From NCBI GenBank assembly GCA_964187785.1, contig OZ076415.1, forward strand, positions 18,538,001 to 18,602,000: a stretch of 64,000 bases of DNA, in the 5' to 3' direction. The DNA is from Amphiscolops sp. MND2022. Lineage: Eukaryota. Below the pieces are notes generated by a model, which searched no databases, was not told the origin of the DNA, and saw nothing but the letters and a program-made list of their open reading frames with translations. Shown here piece by piece: positions 61,647-64,000 of the stretch (position 1 is its first letter; every line of letters begins with the position of its first letter). Position numbers and translations under genes: made by a program.

Positions 61647-62011
61647 TGGGTTTATCGAGTTTAAGAATCCGGGCTAGTGCACAGTTCCAATCAGAAGAAC
61701 AATATGTGACAAAAACGGGAAGGGTGATGCATTTTGTGATTTCCGAAAGAATTGAGAGGGCCCGGAGTATCGATAAAAAAACTAGTCGTAGAGAAAGAGG
61801 ATGTTTAAAGTAATGGTGCTGACCCAATTTCAGCCGGTCAATGCACTCCGGACTTTATTGAGACAGTCGTATGTATGCGAAAAAAAGCTTCCAGAGTATC
61901 AACGAGACAACTAAGTCTGGACACAACTCTGAAAGAAACAACGCGCTCTAAAGGTTTCAACCAGACAGTGAAGTCTGGACACTGCCTCCACAGCAAACAA
62001 TACTCTGGGTT

Positions 62012-62629
62012 TTACTGGGACTGGAAATTAGCAGCTGCTCTCTTAGCAGCTTTGCGAGCACGCTTACTTGGCTTTTTAGGACGGTTTTTCTCGGTAATGA
62101 CAGAGATTGTTCTCTTTAGGGAGCAAGAAGTCAAGATTTTTCAGTTTAAGCTCGGGGCACTGGTGCAGTGCTCTAAATTTTTTTTTCAAGAGCTCGGCAT
62201 CCTTCTGTTTTTTCGGTGAAATAAAGTCTTTGACAATGTTGACCACTTTGACGTGCAGATCGGCTTTTAACACTTTCAATTGTTCAAAAATGTCCGGGGT
62301 ACCATTGCGATGGCAATACACCAGAGCACAAAGCGTGTCCTGAAGACTTTTTAGAACCTCAATTTTTTGAGGTACTGATAATGAACGAAAAGTGTTCCGA
62401 TCGTGTCGAGAAGTGCTGTTATTCAAGACATCATGCCAAAGAGCAATGTTTTTTTACCTTTTAGATCTTTTACAAGTGAATTCTGAACAATTTTTTTCGG
62501 ATTTTTGGTTTTTATGTTCAGACTCAGGCACGGAATGGAGAATACTTTACTTTGGATCGGTTCTTTTTTATCGGGGGATAAAGTTTCTAAAGCGTGATGC
62601 AAAAAACTGGCGGCTAGAATCAATACCAT
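62012..62629 (-). pseudogene. BEL-B upstream SGNH-like accessory ORF, frameshifted
   Basis: MVLILAASFLHHALET...ALVYCHR.GTP.IF...ALHQCPEL...KRARKAAK, colinear with 11657-12271. Confidence 0.75.
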
Positions 62630-63247
62630 GCGTGTCTTTTCTCTCAAGTTTTGAGGTTTAAGATCTGGTGAGCAACAAACCACAGTAACAAAGGCTATGA
62701 GTTTTATGTTTTTTCTCTGTGGAATCCGAGCATTCATTTGTTTTTCAGTGAACTACAGCAGAAAGTGGTACACAATCTTCAAAGTGAAGGCGTGAAACCG
62801 TTTGATTTCTACTGGGAACTTTACAAAATGAAAAGCAAACTCTTTGTTTTCACTTAATCGCTATAATTCTTTCAAAAATTTTATGCAATTTCGCTATCTC
62901 GATTGATGAAGCCAAAAAGTTACGATAGCAAAAGTTTGTTCAAATTGTTTTGGTTCTCTTCACACGATCAAGCGATCATATGCATTTTTGGGGGTCCTCA
63001 GCGCTCCACCTCTGTGTGCCGTTAGTCGAGTTTCAATCACTTTGAACCAAGTTTCCCATTCAAGTTTTCCAATGTTTGAAACTCGTTTTCCTTCCGAACT
63101 GTTGATGAACACCTTTTCCTTCTTAATCGATTTCAAGTTGACTGCTTTGAGGCAGCAGAGAAGACACGTGGTCGTCGAATTGGGTGGATAGGGTGAACGT
63201 CGAAATTGGGAATGTCAGCATTACACCAGGCCTCTCAATGGCCACCA

Positions 63248-64000
63248 TAAAAGGAATATAGTATGCCTATATCTCGTTAAAACAAATGGTTGCAGAATAT
63301 GTCAACGTTATTGAAACTGAGAGAAAAACAACAATGAATGATGAACCAAAAATTATTCCCGCGAATAGTTTACAACTCAGTAAAATTCGTGAATGATTCA
63401 TGACTCAAGCTTTCGAGATAGCAAAGAAATGATAATTGCCAAAATAATACTTTTAATTCAACCCTATTGCGACGCAACATCCTCCGGGCCCATGAAGATG
63501 TCAAAACAAAACAATAAAACGGAAAAAAACTTTTTTCGGAGAACGGTTCACATGGATTTTCGATATAAATGTTACGCTGTGGTAAATGTTAGGTACGATT
63601 ACAAGGACAAATAATACGAAAAAAAGATAATCGACCAAGTAAGATTGGGAGAATCATCATGTGGAAGAACGGGTGCGAGTTTTACAACCGGACGCACGAG
63701 AGATCCAGTTGCTGTTTCCAATTCAGCAGAGCGGCCAACAGAGCTTTTACCGTATTTCAACCTAACAACACATGCAAGTGGGTAGTGTCCGCGTGGACTC
63801 GAAGGTTCGACAATCCAGACGAGATCTCCGGTCTTGAGTTCTCGTTCTGATTGGTTCGACCACTTGGATCGGCGGTTGAATGAGGGGACGTAGTCCTTCA
63901 ACCAACGGCTCCAAATAGCGTCACTGTATGCTTGTGCACGGGCATAGCGCTGTCGGTGATCAACGTCGGCGTGCTGATGTGATGGTAACGTGGAAGCCGC
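63248..64000 (-). mobile_element. 3' end of a further BEL copy (BEL-C) sharing its LTR with BEL-B
   Basis: 63480-64000 repeats 55434 to about 55960 (PPT, 3' UTR, integrase C-terminus 63599-63901). Confidence 0.88.

Larger units (their letters stand above)
55205..63479 (-). mobile_element. BEL/Pao retrotransposon BEL-B (heavily decayed)
   Basis: LTRs 55205-55433 and 63248-63479; PPT GGGCCCGGAGGA at 55434-55445; PBS TGGTGGCCATTGAGAGG at 63231-63247; colinear with BEL-A. Confidence 0.93.

Overview
This is AT-rich eukaryotic, probably invertebrate, DNA made almost entirely of transposable elements. It holds two diverged Ty3/Gypsy LTR retrotransposons on the minus strand: Gypsy-A (1-10716, left end outside the window, gag and pol open) and Gypsy-B (37118-52834, complete, 5-bp TSD TGAGG, decayed). 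It also holds three BEL/Pao copies (10717-19661 +; 55205-63479 -; a tandem partner from 63248 running off the right edge), a solo LTR and a probable LTR remnant of the same Gypsy clade, LINE RT and Tc1/mariner fragments, a TIR element with an 8-bp TSD, two HINE-like elements, a 200-N gap and a few possible host exons. The main finding is the accessory architecture of this Gypsy clade. (1) Both elements carry a large antisense gene with four GT-AG introns at identical positions and phases; it encodes a BED-like zinc finger protein that looks like a catalytically dead hAT transposase. (2) A sense accessory ORF with acidic SIM-like motifs and a CxxC reads through the PPT into U3. (3) Gag starts about 190-216 codons inside the LTR and reads through the PBS, so the LTR codes for protein at both ends. 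Separately, both BEL elements whose leader lies in the window carry an SGNH-hydrolase-like ORF upstream of gag, followed by repeated hairpins, one with a compensatory base change. All homology calls were made by eye and need HMM or structure searches.
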